64,000 bases of DNA from Lytechinus pictus (taxonomy: Eukaryota): assembly GCF_037042905.1 (NCBI RefSeq), contig NC_087252.1, forward strand, positions 7,256,001 to 7,320,000, written 5' to 3'. The notes beneath the pieces are model-generated. The model had not been told where the DNA came from. It saw only the letters and a list, made by a program, of their open reading frames with translations, and ran no database searches. Of the stretch, positions 1 through 13,134 are shown one piece after another. Made by a program: the position numbers and the translations under genes. Within the stretch, counting starts at the first letter, position 1. Each line of letters opens with the position of its first letter.

Positions 1-20
1 ACCTGAGTGGCATTGTCAGG
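1..20 (+). CDS. Possible 3' end of an upstream (ectodomain) exon of the receptor gene, truncated by the window edge
   Basis: Ends ...TGTCAGG|gtaact (GT at 21-22). Read as phase 1 it gives PEWHCQ-G, compatible with the phase-1 stalk exon at 16723/16735. Only 20 nt are visible. Confidence 0.2.
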
Positions 21-186
21 GTAACTATGTCACTGTTGAGTGTGAAAGTTCGGACTAAATAATGTCTCAAATGAATGTAGATTAGCAATTTTTTTGTTGT
101 TAGGCTTGAATACTAGTATAAGATTGATAAAATTTGAATTTCAATATGTATCTGTCCCCCAAAATATCAATCTGACAAACACTAGG

Positions 187-399
187 CAAGGCTCCACACT
201 AACTTTTTTCCTTGGTGGCCCGATCGGTCCACAACAATCATCAATTTTATATTTTTGGTGGCCCGCAAAGCAAATTTGCTGGCCCTAAAACAATAGAACA
301 CATTACAATTTAGTAAAACTAAGTGTAGGCTTTCACAGAATATTGGTGGCCCAACTCTCAATTTAGTTTGCTCTGGGCCACTGCTAATGTTGAGCCCTG
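187..399. mobile_element. Degenerate hAT-like MITE
   Basis: Imperfect TIRs caaggctccacactaac / gctaatgttgagccctg; near-identical 8-mers cactaggc (180-187) and cactgggc (400-407) at the ends. Confidence 0.5.
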
Positions 400-1274
400 C
401 ACTGGGCCTATAAGGTAGCTGCATCTTCTAGACAGTAAAGGGCAACGCATAGGCCCATAGGCCTATATTGCTAGGTCTACCACAATATAAAAATCATATA
501 GTTTGGTTCATTGTGAATCAAATAATTGGACTGTCACACTATTGTACACAGTCAATATTGACAGGATTTGTAAGTTGAGGAAAACAAAATTTCAAGGACA
601 TTTCCTGAAGTCGAGTTGAATAGTGTTTAGTTGATTTCCTTTATTCCTTTACCCCTGTTTAGCACTGCAGTTCAGTTCTTTGATGTAAATTGATACTTGC
701 GTTTTCTTGTTTAGAATTTACATATTTTGTGGTTAACATTTCATTGTCTTTTACATTGCACAGTTGCAGAGTTGCTGTAAATTTTGTTCACTTTGATTAA
801 CTGTTTTACCCCCTCCCCCTTTTGGGGAAGGGGCAGAGACATGATGATTTTTGTACTTGTAGTTGTAGCATACCTAAGCTTTATTTCAATACAGCTCATA
901 TTGATAGTTGGGTGTATTGTTTTTGTGTATAAACACAATCTTTCTAATATGCTGAAAATATTTGATTTAAACAAATCAATAGGTTAATAAATCTGTGGTA
1001 CAGATCTTTGAAAATAAAAATGAAATAAGGCTGAATCACTAGATAAACAATGGTTCTCACAATCGGACCCAAGTCATATTACAAATTTGAGGCTTGCTTT
1101 AGACCTATATTTTCATTTCTTTGAGAGACATGTGCAGTGAGCTGAAACAGTCTGGCCTTTGTTCATTGTATGCTGGAAATTAGACCAGAAGAATAATTGT
1201 CAAAAGCATAAAAAAGAATGAAATGACAATGGTGATCATAAAATAGAATGTAAAAATTCTATTTGTGCCATGTA

Positions 1275-1516
1275 CACTGCAAAGACTCCAGTGTTGATTT
1301 AACACCAGCCCAGAATCTATGTCCACACCAGAGAAGTATTAAAACAACACCAGTTTGGAATGAAACCGATCGATGCTGTTCCGATACTAATTAGTGTTGT
1401 ATAAACACCTTTCTGGTGTTAGACCAAAATGAAACTGGTGTTGTTTAACACTTCTCCGGTGTGGACATATATAGATTCCGGCCTGGTGTTAAATCAACAC
1501 CTGAGTTTTTGCAGTG
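1275..1516. mobile_element. CACT-terminal palindromic MITE (CACTA/EnSpm-like, 2-bp TSD)
   Basis: cactgcaaa...tttgcagtg with long internal inverted symmetry (gtgttgatttaacaccag / ctggtgttaaatcaacac); flanked by TA on both sides. Confidence 0.75.
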
Positions 1517-1960
1517 TATAGAGAGTAGGTTCTGTAGCACACACACAAAATTGTTCAGTCCTGAAATATTTAATTCAGTAGCCTTTATCATTCTAATCTG
1601 AAATCAACTCATCAAAGTGAAATTTACAAATAAGATATTTTATAGAGCAGGCCAACATATAGGCATAGGCCTATTACAGTTGTTTAAAATGTCTTCAGAG
1701 CAGCAGCCCACCCCCTCCCTGTATAAAATTCTCTGAAGTGATATGTACATGTAAATCATAGTTTTGAGACAGCCATGGGAGACAGTGTCGCAGAACTTTG
1801 AGATTGAGGTTTATGTTGCTCAAGTAGAGAGATGATTTGTAGCTCTAGGTCAATGGTGAACTGCTATGTGGAGCTAATTAGTAAATGAAAGGTATGCAGG
1901 GATCATTAGGCTAAATCTACATTTCATATGTATTCAGTGATGACAAGTTCAAGAACACTA

Positions 1961-2020
1961 AATAATAATAATAATGGTTATTTATCTGCGCTATACACAA
2001 AAAGTATCACAGTGCTTACA
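1961..2020 (-). mobile_element. 3' tail remnant of an L2-type LINE or SINE
   Basis: Minus strand reads tgtaagcactgtgatac...tatagcgcagataaataaccattattattatt, an L2-like terminal motif plus (TAT)n tail; similar to the tail at 63515-63586. Confidence 0.4.
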
Positions 2021-5000
2021 ATTGTCAGAAATAAAATATAAATATAAATGTTAAGTAACAAAAAAGTGTAGAATTATATACATTCAATTGCATCAACTAT
2101 TGGTGTTCTCAACTGTGCCAGATGAGGCCTGGTGGCCTCTTGCTTGCTGCTTCGTTCACCAACAATTTAAGGGACAAGCCCGGTCAGCACATCATTCAAA
2201 TACATGTAGCATACATACATGTTCATGTAATCACACTTGGTACTGGTAATAATAGAATACCGCAGAAATGATATCATAGATTTTAAAAGGAGCGTAGCCT
2301 GTATGGTTTAGTCTTTTAATGCGGGTGATCATACAATGCAAATCCAATTTTATTCGTAAAAATCTAGACAACTGAATGCTCTCCTGAAAAACGTAACTTT
2401 GTTTCAGTTTGCGTTTTGGTTGGTGATTCATGTTTTTATTTTATCTGAAGAAATTCTATTGACTGCGCCCTAGATCCCTGCTATGAAGTAGCCCATCACT
2501 CCTCACCCAATTACCATAGTCTATTCCCTGACACTGTAAATGATATTACCAGGTGTTATAATGAATTATTTCCCCCACCCTCCTCAATTTAATTACTGTG
2601 TTCGACAAGTCCAAGTAGTCCATAGCACTGACCTTCTGACCACAATATAGGTCAAATCTTTTAGCAAGGAAATAGACTCATCTATAGTTTTGTTCAGTGT
2701 CTTTTTCCTCCCTATGAAATAAAGTTAGGGCTTATAGTACCTTTAAGATTCATTTGAAAGAAACATCTAACCTATTTACATGATTGGTCAGTGTACAATA
2801 CTAATACCCATAAGGATAGGAGTGTACCGATTCACAATGTTGGTTTGAATATAGGCATAAACTTAGCATTTTGTACTTTAAAACTTTCACATTGGCTTTA
2901 TAAATTAATATAAAGCTTTTCAGGTCCTACTAGATTAAAGCGCAGTAAAGTATTTGAGTAGTAAGAATTGAAATGATTTTACCTGCACTCTTAAATATCT
3001 TTTGTAATTAATAAACATGTAGGCCTATACATATTTGCAAGAAACGTACTTGTAGTTAGGCCAAGACATGAGTTGTAGAAAGCACATGCAGACCTAAAGC
3101 TGAAGGCTTCTTTTTATTGAGGAAATAAGGCTCCTTTTGTATTTCATTTTACTGACTGAAAGTAATTTGGGAGGGACTAATGCAACAATACAATGAGGAT
3201 TTTAGGGGATTAGTACTTAACTCCAAATAGTCACTATGACCTGGAAATTCCATTGGTCATTTGTGACTTTATAGAGCTGTTCTTAAAAGATGTATATTTT
3301 AAACTGATACTGAATCCCAATATTATGTTTAAAAAAATGAAATAAAAAAAGATGACAAAGACAAGATAAACATGTATTCAACTTTAGATCATGATGTCGT
3401 TCTGCATCATCTAATGTTGAAATATTTATCTTGTCAACATTTTTTTACATTATGTACATTTCATAATCGGCATTTTGATAGATAGAGACAGACGCAAGTT
3501 CAAAATAAACATGCATTTTTGGGAGCCAGCTACATACATGTAACTTCAATAATAGAATATATGAAACCAAAATATATCCATGTGGAAGGATGTCATTTTA
3601 TTTATTCATGATTTATATTATCAGAATAGTCTGAACATCTGCCATGTGATTTTGATAATGGAATCTGAAACTGAACATTAAACCCTCTGTTATCTTTTAT
3701 CATAAGGGGGGATGGGTGTGTCCTGTCCTAGTAGTACATGACTCATGATGTTTACTACCATTCAATAGTAATAAATAATCCCCCAGGAAAATTCATTGTC
3801 AAGGTACATAAAGATGTAATATAGCAGTCCCATCCACCCTTCTTTGTTATTACACAGTACATGTTGTGAAATCGACTCCACTTACTAAAATAGTACATGT
3901 ATGCCTAATAGTATCAGAAATCCGGAACCGATCTTTGATCTGTATTGTGTTAACTGTTGCTACCAAGTGCAACTCATTATCATCATGCAGGCTTTTGCTA
4001 AGCCAATGTTAAAGAAGATGACTTTAATTGTCTATCCATAGATCACCCAAACTGATATCATCTTTATCATAAATTTAGGCTCCAAATTACATCGTTGATT
4101 AAAATGTTTTGCAATTGAGTATGTATTTGATGAGTGAACATTTCATTTGACTTTTTTATTTGATGGGTGATTGTTTTATGGTTTTCCATAGATCTCTAAA
4201 ATGTAAAACAAGTCATTGCTTATAAGACATACAATGTAAATTGAACATGCTATATGTTTACACTATTGTCGAGGACTTGAACTCGTGGGGGTTCCCATGT
4301 TGTTCACATCTCTGAAGATAAAAACAACAAATAATAATCGCTTTCAGCCTACAAGCTGCAATGCATGCACATTATAATATGGATTTATGTTTACATTCAT
4401 ACAGGTGTACTTGAATATAGTCCTAAATATGGATGTCTTAATGTGTATCTGTACGAAAAATGGAAGGAAAAGACTGACCGTCTATATCAAATTAAGGCCT
4501 ACATACTATGCATGAAATATAATTATCATAGCTTCTATACATGTATATGTGTGATTATAATTTACTTGTAATTGATAACCACGCATCTAATGTGCACATA
4601 TCAACTCCAAGTAATGCTCAAGTCGCCGAACAATTTAACATGTATGATTTTATAAATGTAGGCTTGGTCATTAACAGAATAGGAATTAGGAATTTTTGTT
4701 GACCCCAAACCATTCTTGCTCTCTCCCTCTCTCACTATTTCCTGTCTGAATGAGAATGTCTTGAGCACTCAGTCTGGTGTGATGTCATCACTTGTGACAT
4801 GTGGGGATTCCCCAGTCTTGTTTTCCCCTTGCCATGGATGTATGGTCCATACTTTCAGTGTTTTATAACTTGGCATGCCTTTTCATTATTTATTTTCAAT
4901 TAAATTATGAAGACTTTTATATGCTATTCTAATGATCCATCTCATTTTAAATAATGTGGGAATAAATACTTGTTGATCGACAATCATTCGGTATGAAGAA

Positions 5001-6534
5001 TTGTCAGATTTCTTGTAAGTTTGCAGTGCATATTTCCCCCTTTTTTTAAACTAATAATACTGTGCTAGAAACAAATGGTGATACATGTATCTAGTAGTAG
5101 TATATTATCTTTTTGCCTAAAAGTTTTCCATTATTTTAAATTTCTGTATATGAGCGTAGTGTCTACCAATTGGCAGGCCTATACAAGAAGCATTATTTCT
5201 TGGAAAATAAGGGTCTTTCCGCATCTAGTACTTGTAAAGCCTAGCTGTTATTCCTGTAGATAATAATTTACTTGACAATCATTATATTTCCCTGTAAACA
5301 TATTCACAATTGTAAAGTGTATTATTGTCTACCCTTATCATAATAACAAGTTATGCTGCTTAACTACTGTATTATTAGGTGCAAAGATTAGATTGCCGCT
5401 CAACGGTAATTCATCATTGAGTAGTGGTACATGTATTGTAATGGGTGGGCGTCGGCTCTCAATACTCCACATGTAGTTCTGACAGCATGCACACACATAT
5501 GCATGAACAATATACACACAAAGTTTCTGACTCACACACAGTCATAATACAAGCATTGAGGCATGTGGTAAAAACCCTGCTGGAATTCATGGGTGTAGTC
5601 TTGGTACGAAGACCTGTTGAGCTCTTTTTGGGCTCTTGTTTTAGCAATGATTAGGTCATTAGACCAAAAGTAAAGCTGGATACGTTTTCGTTACCGGTAC
5701 TTGATCATTAGGGGGGGGGGGACCATTGTAATGTATTATCTTTACAGTTCATTTTGCATTTTGTATGAAATGACTATGAGTTTTATTAGCAATAGAACCA
5801 AAACTATTTCTTTAGCACGTGACTTACATGTATTTTTACTCTTGCAATAAATCACTGCCCACTGGAATATATGTTTATTAGAAGACCTTTTTAAAGCTGT
5901 GAAAGTTACTTTATATAACAGACTACGGTATAATGACAAACAAAACAGACTTTAAATTTCATTTATCTCATTTGTGATTTATAGACCTACATTTTGGTTT
6001 TAAAAAGTCTGCATAAACATATGCCTACTAATGAGTACTAATGTACTCTACATGTATAGCCTAGGGACACATCCTCTTTATATCAATTATGAAATATCCT
6101 CATTTTATGCTAATCATTTACCTTTCACTGCTAAGTAATTAGTCTTGCATCATGGCTTTACTTTTTTTAGGTGGTTATATTTTAAAGTCATTAAGATTAA
6201 CTTTTCATGGTAATTTAATTGTAGGCCTATCCTTGAATTGTGTCTGAAGATTGAGACTATTGTTGGCCCTGTGTGGGAGTTGATCACAAAAGAAGGGGTA
6301 ATACAACACCATGAAAGGGGTTGACAATAGTAAAAAATACACCAGGAACTAAATGCAGTAAATCATTTACAAATTAGTTTGTATGTCTATATTAGGGCTG
6401 TATTCCATTTTGAGATGATACCAAATCAACTGTCATATAATTTGATAATTTGAGAAGAGAGATTTGTTTTATAAGTGGATGTGGTGTGATGGTGGTGGGG
6501 AGGGAGGGGTCGTCTAACTTCTACTTGTATTCCC

Positions 6535-6839
6535 TTCCCTGTACATGGATAACGCGTCTAACAAAAAATCTGATGCTATAGCGTTGTGTGTTAGCGTGCC
6601 TCACCACTGTACTCAGTGCAGGTGTGAATGCAGTTGGAAAACACTCCGTCCATCGGAAAGGACGCAAATGTTGGTCCCGTGTATAGGAGAGTCGCAACCT
6701 ATGCACGTTAAAACCAATACACTATTCGTCAAAGAGTAGGGTGTTCACCCGGTGTATTGCACCTGCCGGTACTACAATACTGCAAGAATCTTCAGGATTG
6801 AAGGAGGCAGTCAGTGTAGGTTGAAGAAGAAGAAGAAGA
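6535..6839 (+). mobile_element. tRNA-derived SINE with Deu/Nin-like core and (GAA)n tail
   Basis: Degenerate tRNA-Arg-like head (atggataacgcgtct, 6546-6559). Core ctccgtccatcggaaaggacg...ggtcccg...cgtcaaagagtagggtgttcacccggtgt (6644-6755) resembles the DeuSINE/AmnSINE1 core as I recall it. Ends in gaagaagaagaagaaga (6823-6839). Confidence 0.65.
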
Positions 6840-9800
6840 TAAAGGAATTGTGGGATCATATAAAAAGTGACTAGATTTATAGAAATTTGATTGAGAAAGC
6901 AAACTTGCTTGGTCTTTCCATTCCCACTACTCCTGTATTCACAAAGAAAAGAATAGTTATACCAAACCACAGTATTATTCATGTCGCATAAATATTTAAC
7001 TATTTCAGAATTAAATAATACAGAAAAGTTTTACCAAACCAGAGTATAATCCATGTGGCATAATTATTTAATTATTTCAGAATATTTGTACTAGATGTAT
7101 TGCTCCTATTATATTTCCCCTCCCCATTCCAGTCCGTAGGGTATGAACAGGAACTTGTTCCTGATCTTAGAAATTGTTTATATTAGGCCTTCATGTTGGT
7201 ATAAAGGATGTACTTGTAATAAACACATGCTTTTTGAGTTGACTCTGCATGGGCGTTCATGTGATATCTTGTTTTTAATGGCAGTCATAATTCTGTAATG
7301 CAATATCCCCTTCTTGTCTCCCAAACCATTGTATTGTACATAAAACCCATGAAATCCAACTTAAATTATCTTTAAAAGAGGAACTACGTGCTCAATTTAT
7401 CGCATTTATGGTTGGATTTTACTCTTTGACTGGTTACGCCTGTTCAATTATCAATCATTCCATTATAATAATGATTTTATCATTAACACTATTTACACTT
7501 TTCATACAGGCTAGACATACATTGTATGTTAGCCCAAAATGTACTTTTGACTTTACTCCCATTCATTGCTGTTATAATGATTGATATTTGATCACAAGAT
7601 TGTGCCTTCTGTCCTAATAGCATGCATCTCCTCCCCTCTACATGAACTTCCCTGTCCACTCTTGTCAGTTCCCCCACCCCTGTTCTTATTCAGGGAGGGG
7701 TCTTGCCTCCCTGACCCCCCCCCCCCCCCAGTTATACACATATATTTTCTACACCCACAGGCCAAAGCGAACCGTGGTTTATGTTTCTGAGGTTATTTTC
7801 AGAATGAATCATATCTTTGTTCTGGGGGTAATTGCAGTATTTGAGAGGGCATGACTCCAAGAAACACTGATGTCCTTGTCTTACAAGGAGACTACTTCCT
7901 TTATCCAATGTCTCCACCAAATCTCACTGGATTAAAAATATTCATTAGAAACTTTGAAGATAGGCAACATTTTCTCAGACAATTGTGGCTGTAGATGTTA
8001 AGATTTTATTTTCAAATCACTATATGTTGGCCTAAACATGACCTACATACAACCAAGCTTGATCTCTTTTCATCTATTTCATTACCATAGATATGTGAAA
8101 TTCAAGACAAAGCTCTTGTATGGCCTGAAAAATATTTTTCCTGTCAAGTTTTTTTCATATGAGAAGAATTCTGGGTGATTTGGGGCCAGGTTTATGATCA
8201 TTGCTTTCAAATGAAGGTAGTGATATACATGTACTTCCTCCATTCTAGATCGTTGTCAGTTATCATATTATAGGGCATTTCAGTGAATTCCTATTTAATC
8301 TCATTGTAATCCAGGCCTTAACTGTAGACCAATTAATAACCCTACAAGGTTTAGCTACATGGATTAGTCAAAGCTCAAAATGTATTGATTTATTGATTAA
8401 AGTACAACAATCGGCAAACCTGTAATACATGTACTTCAGCAGGTCCTTATATACAGTCAATTAGTCTGAATTTGTTTTTGACAGTTATTTAGAATTCGAA
8501 TTGGATGAAAATCGGTAGAATTGAGCAAAGGTCTGATATCTTTAGATTTTCTTGTTAGATAAGGGTGGGAAGGATCAAATGACCAGAGCATATCTGACGA
8601 ACAATGTGATATTTAGAGAATGATTAATATGATATTACTAAAAGTCAGCAGGAAACCTGAGACGAATATCAGCGGATATCTCACTTGCATATTTTCATTA
8701 AATTCAGAGAAATTTGAGACTATTGTCAATCACTTTTATGCCAGTCATCTTTTAAGTTCCATAAGTTGTCATAATATTGAACTCTAATTTGGTGGTAATA
8801 TTGTATGAAATACATGTACATGTAGTCCTCTATCTATTGCTGTGATTATGGAAGCCACGCATGTACTGTTGAGTGCCACCTTTGATTTAAAAAAAAGTCT
8901 GTTCAAATAAAGAAATAAATGAATATTGAGAATAGAAAGTATTTCTTTTTCCCAGTAAGCAGCAGGATGTCGTTGGTTTTATACAAATTTAGAGCCTTTT
9001 AAGATTATAAACATATTCCATTGGTAAAGAGATTTTATCCTTTTCCAGGTCTAACCAACCGCAATATTATTATAAATCAGTGATCATATTTCCCACGATG
9101 AATAATCATGTTACACATTCCCATATAGCACCAGAGCCGTAGTAAAAGTAGCCTAGTTTATAGTGCAGACACATACATGCACCATTGGTTTGCACTTAGT
9201 GTGCTTTTATTATTGGAGTCTGAACTAGGAGGCTAGTTTCTCTCATGTACATGACCTATGGTTGCTCTTACTTGACACAGATAGAGGTTTAGAAGTCTAG
9301 TCTCAACCCCAGACATGGCATAACTTGAGTAAAGTGTCAAATTCGAGTCTGTGTCAATAGACTACCTGAACCTTGTCGGTGCTATTAATAGACTCAGTGA
9401 GGGCCCATGGGAAAACATCTTGTCCTGACCCTGAGGTCAATCCTCGGAGGTCAAGTGCAGGGATAAGACATTCATCCTACTCCGCCTCCTCTCATTTCAT
9501 TCATAAAGATTGGGGAGTGTGTATGTGGGAAGAGAGAGGGGCCATTGAGCTTTATATGGCATTATCATGTTTGGGTTGGGTATTCAAAATGAATTTCTCC
9601 CACACTGTTTTTGTGCACACTTTTTGTCAACTGACTCATTGTTCAAGACTTCAAGTTTGTTTAATTTCTTCTTTCAATTATATTTTTTTACACTAATTAG
9701 AAATGTAGTATTTATGTTATTTTAAAAGTACAGTTGTCTTATGCTAGTATTCTGTCATTTGTCGACTGGGGGACATATTTTACATCCGATAAGCATACTC

Positions 9801-10617
9801 ATCTATTTTCAGGGATGAAAGTACCAGTAGTATTGTTTGTCAGACATACAAGTACAATGGCTTTTTAGTACTTACAAATTTTACCTTTATACTTGTAATC
9901 TATGCTTACAAACTTTACCTTTACTTGTAATCTTTGGAAATTTACAATATTAGAAATGTTGATCAATTTGATGAAAAATGATGACTGTAGACATTGATTT
10001 TGGTGAGGTCAACATTTTTGTTTACAGCTTCATGTATGTGTCTCTGGATGGGAACAAATTAACTGGGTTGGCTTTTGTAATTTTAAGATGGGAGCAGCAA
10101 AGAATTTAGTTTAGTTCCTTGTTTTTACATTAAATTTGTAAGATAACCTAGGAGTTTGTTTTCCATTTTTTCCCCAGGAAATATACACTGTATTTTTAGT
10201 GTTTGTAAAGTTTCAAAGTAGTTTTGATAGATTTTAGGGAAGTGGTACTTAACAGGCTAAGGACTATTGATTGTGTGAAAGTAGTGTCAGAGAGTATTTC
10301 ATAATCAGATAATGATTATGATAATGATTTCTTTGAAATCGATATGGACTTTGAAAGTGAATATTGGAGATATTTTAATATAGGGCCTACCCAGTTACCT
10401 TGGTTTCATGTTCCTGTACAAGTCTATAATTCAAGTTTGGTGAATGTTGTGGTATAATTCACCCTACATATAGGTAATGATATTCTCATTCCAATTCATT
10501 TTAAATGATGAAATATCCTACAGGCTTTGACCTGTGTTTGAGTAATGTCCTTTGTTTATGATTTAAGTTCTAAGTAAAACCACATTCACAATCACCTATG
10601 GTTTTTAAAGTTTCCAG

Positions 10618-10788
10618 GTGGGTGTTTCATAAAGCTGTTCGTAAGTTAAGAGCGACTTTAAGAACGACTGGTGATCCTTTCTTTTGATAAATGGTATATT
10701 CATTAGCGATGGTTTTGTGCGTAGGAAAGGATCACCAGTTGTTCTTAAAGTCGCTCTTAACTTACGAACAGCTTTATGAAACGGCCCC
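10618..10788. mobile_element. PIF/Harbinger-type hairpin MITE
   Basis: Nearly perfect ~65-bp arms (gtttcataaagctgttcgtaagttaagagcgactttaagaac / gttcttaaagtcgctcttaacttacgaacagctttatgaaac); CAG direct repeat at 10615-17 and 10789-91; second copy at 50737-50913. Confidence 0.85.
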
Positions 10789-11365
10789 CAGTTATCACAA
10801 ACAAGCATGTTATCCATTTGAATTGTGATCTTAGTATGCCATTAGTACAGATATAAGTGACCAATGATTGTAGTTAATAATATCCTTTCTTTATAACTGT
10901 TTCATATGATTAATAATGCCGAAACATAAACAATCTCATGTTTACACTAATCTGATAATAATTCTTCAGTAATCGAACAACACTACAGAAGATAATTAAC
11001 TCCAGTACATATTATTATTATTTATGTTGGGGACAAACTTGGCTGAGTTCTAAAATGACACAGATATTTCAAGGTTAGGAGGAGTAGTGGAGCTTAGCAG
11101 AGATTACAAATTTGTTGTTTTTCCTCTTTACAATTCACCCCAAAAGGGGGACAGGAAGTGGAATAGTTCCTTCTTTTGGGTGTCAACATTAGCCCTCTAA
11201 CTACCAATAAGCTTTACTATAGGCCTACATTCATACCCAATTTGGAAAGTACATGGACATTGTATAGGAGAGCTTTTTTAGTCTTGTAATACCCAATAAT
11301 CCACACTCACACCGTTTTGTACAAGTGTACAACACAACTTTTGATGCATATTGAATGAATTAATG

Positions 11366-11528
11366 AATTTATTTATTTATTTAGTTATTCATTTATTTAT
11401 TTATTATCCAATGCAATGATAAAAACAATTTACAAGTTTACAGCAAATCAGTTATGAATACATAGAAAAGCAAGGATAATAGGAACCAGAAAATAGCATG
11501 AATGCTAGTCCAGTCTGGCCCCATTCCT
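11366..11528 (-). mobile_element. Probable LINE 3'-UTR fragment with (AATA)n tail
   Basis: Minus strand has a short stem-loop (tagcattcatgcta), then T-rich sequence, then an (aata)n tail (plus strand atttatttattt at 11368-11404). Confidence 0.35.
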
Positions 11529-12578
11529 TTTTTACTATATCCATGGAGGCTACCTCCATGCTATATCTTAGCATCACAAAGTTCTTGTAGTTTGCTGTAA
11601 GGTCGGAAGTATCTCTTCAATATGGGCAGAATCCCTGCAAAAGTTTCTGTAGTTAGGATTGTTATTTATATATATATAGATTTTTTTTTTACGAATTATG
11701 TAGTACAAGCATCTACTACTGGCCTATATTTTTTATTGTTTTTGTTAGTATATAGGCCTATTTATTTATTGTAATTATGTTTGTAATTTCAATTCATGTC
11801 GTTGTTTCTCATAGTCCTACAAATGTGTTATTTTTTACAATGAAATATAAACTTTTATTTGATGTTTTAACTTGTATTTCTGGATAATTTGCTTTGGCAC
11901 TTGCAAAACAGGCCTCAATACTATTTGTGTGCCTATGCATGGACCTACTCTAGTACCTATTTATTTTTAATAAATCAGTGCATTCCTATTGCATTACTTC
12001 CAAGAACACCTACACAATAGAAGCCTGTGCTAACCAAAATGAGTAAGCAAGACTAGACCATGTAATCATTGTAGGGTGTTACCTATTGTGATGTCATAAT
12101 GCAAACAATCAAAGCAGTGAATGGTAAAACCAGGATATACATTGTAGAGTATAGAGGGAAGTGCATAGTAATGGCATAGTTTTTTTTATGTAGGCCTATA
12201 TCTGATCATCAAGGAAATGACCATGCACTAAAGATATTTAGGATGAGTAACAAAATTCAATGTATCAACTAGAAAACATGCTATTTATTACAAGTGTGTC
12301 ATGCATTCATAACAAAATCTTGGAAATGTCTTCAATATTCTTCTTGAATGAAATTTCCATTTCATAGAATTGTTGATTAATACAGTATTTGTATGCAGTA
12401 TTAAATCTGACTTACTGTACAGTCTTTGACATTAAGTGGCAGGATTGAATATGGTCATATTTTCCCCATATTATTTACAGGGAACATTATATGTAACATT
12501 GATGACTGGCTTGCCCCCTCCCCTCTCTCTTTAATGTTCTGTATTTGTATATTACACCAAGCTTCTATCCTACATGGT

Positions 12579-13134
12579 GTGTGTGTATTTAATACCCCTT
12601 TCATAAACCCAATTATGCGGCTAATAGCACAATAATTTGGTCGAAAAATCTGAGGAGGACCAGAGTTATAATCCGCATTATTTTGATGCTGCAATTATCC
12701 GCACAATAGCGGCATCGGGACCAGATTTTGACTTTATGAACGCATTTCCAAATAATGCGGATAATTGACATGGTGCGGTCACAAGGTCATCCTTTTCCAA
12801 CACAACCGCATCGGAGGGGGCGTGTGCAGTTGTCATGACGATTATCCGTCTTTTTCAGGACGGGCGCTCGTAAAAATAGTGCAGATTATTTTCGGAGTTT
12901 GTGAACGCAATTTTAATGAATTGTCCGCATTACTCTTAGGCGGCTAATTGGAGGGTGGGTTTATGAAAGGGATATTAGTTTTGTCAGACGTGTATCAATC
13001 AGATATGATTATTTCTGTCTGGGACCGACCTTTGACGTCACCATCCGAAAGACGTGACCAGGGCTCGAACCTCTGCATCAATTTGTAACTTCCCCACATA
13101 GCTTGGATTACAGGCGCACGCCACAACGCCCGGT
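12579..13134 (-). mobile_element. Candidate 7SL-RNA-derived SINE (~170 nt), interrupted by a MITE
   Basis: Minus strand starts ACCGGGCGTTGTGGCGTGCGCCTGTAATCCAAGCTAT (7SL/Alu-domain-like). It has a B box GGTTCGAGCCC (13061-13071), a core CGTCTTTCGGATGGTGACGTCAAAGGTCGGTCCC and a tail ...CTGACAAAACTAAATACACACAC once the MITE is removed. Direct repeat tatcctacatggt at 12566-12578 and 13151-13163. Confidence 0.75.
12592..12975. mobile_element. MITE with 20-bp TIRs and TA TSD, inserted in the SINE tail
   Basis: TIRs atacccctttcataaaccca (12592-12611) / tgggtttatgaaagggatat (12956-12975), 1 mismatch; TA at 12590-91 and 12976-77. Confidence 0.8.

Noticed and set aside
13098..13134. Human Alu contamination or an intact 7SL gene
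   Set aside because: Similarity stops after ~40 nt with no S domain or Alu body; the segment is continuous with a non-Alu core and embedded by a TSD in host-like DNA.
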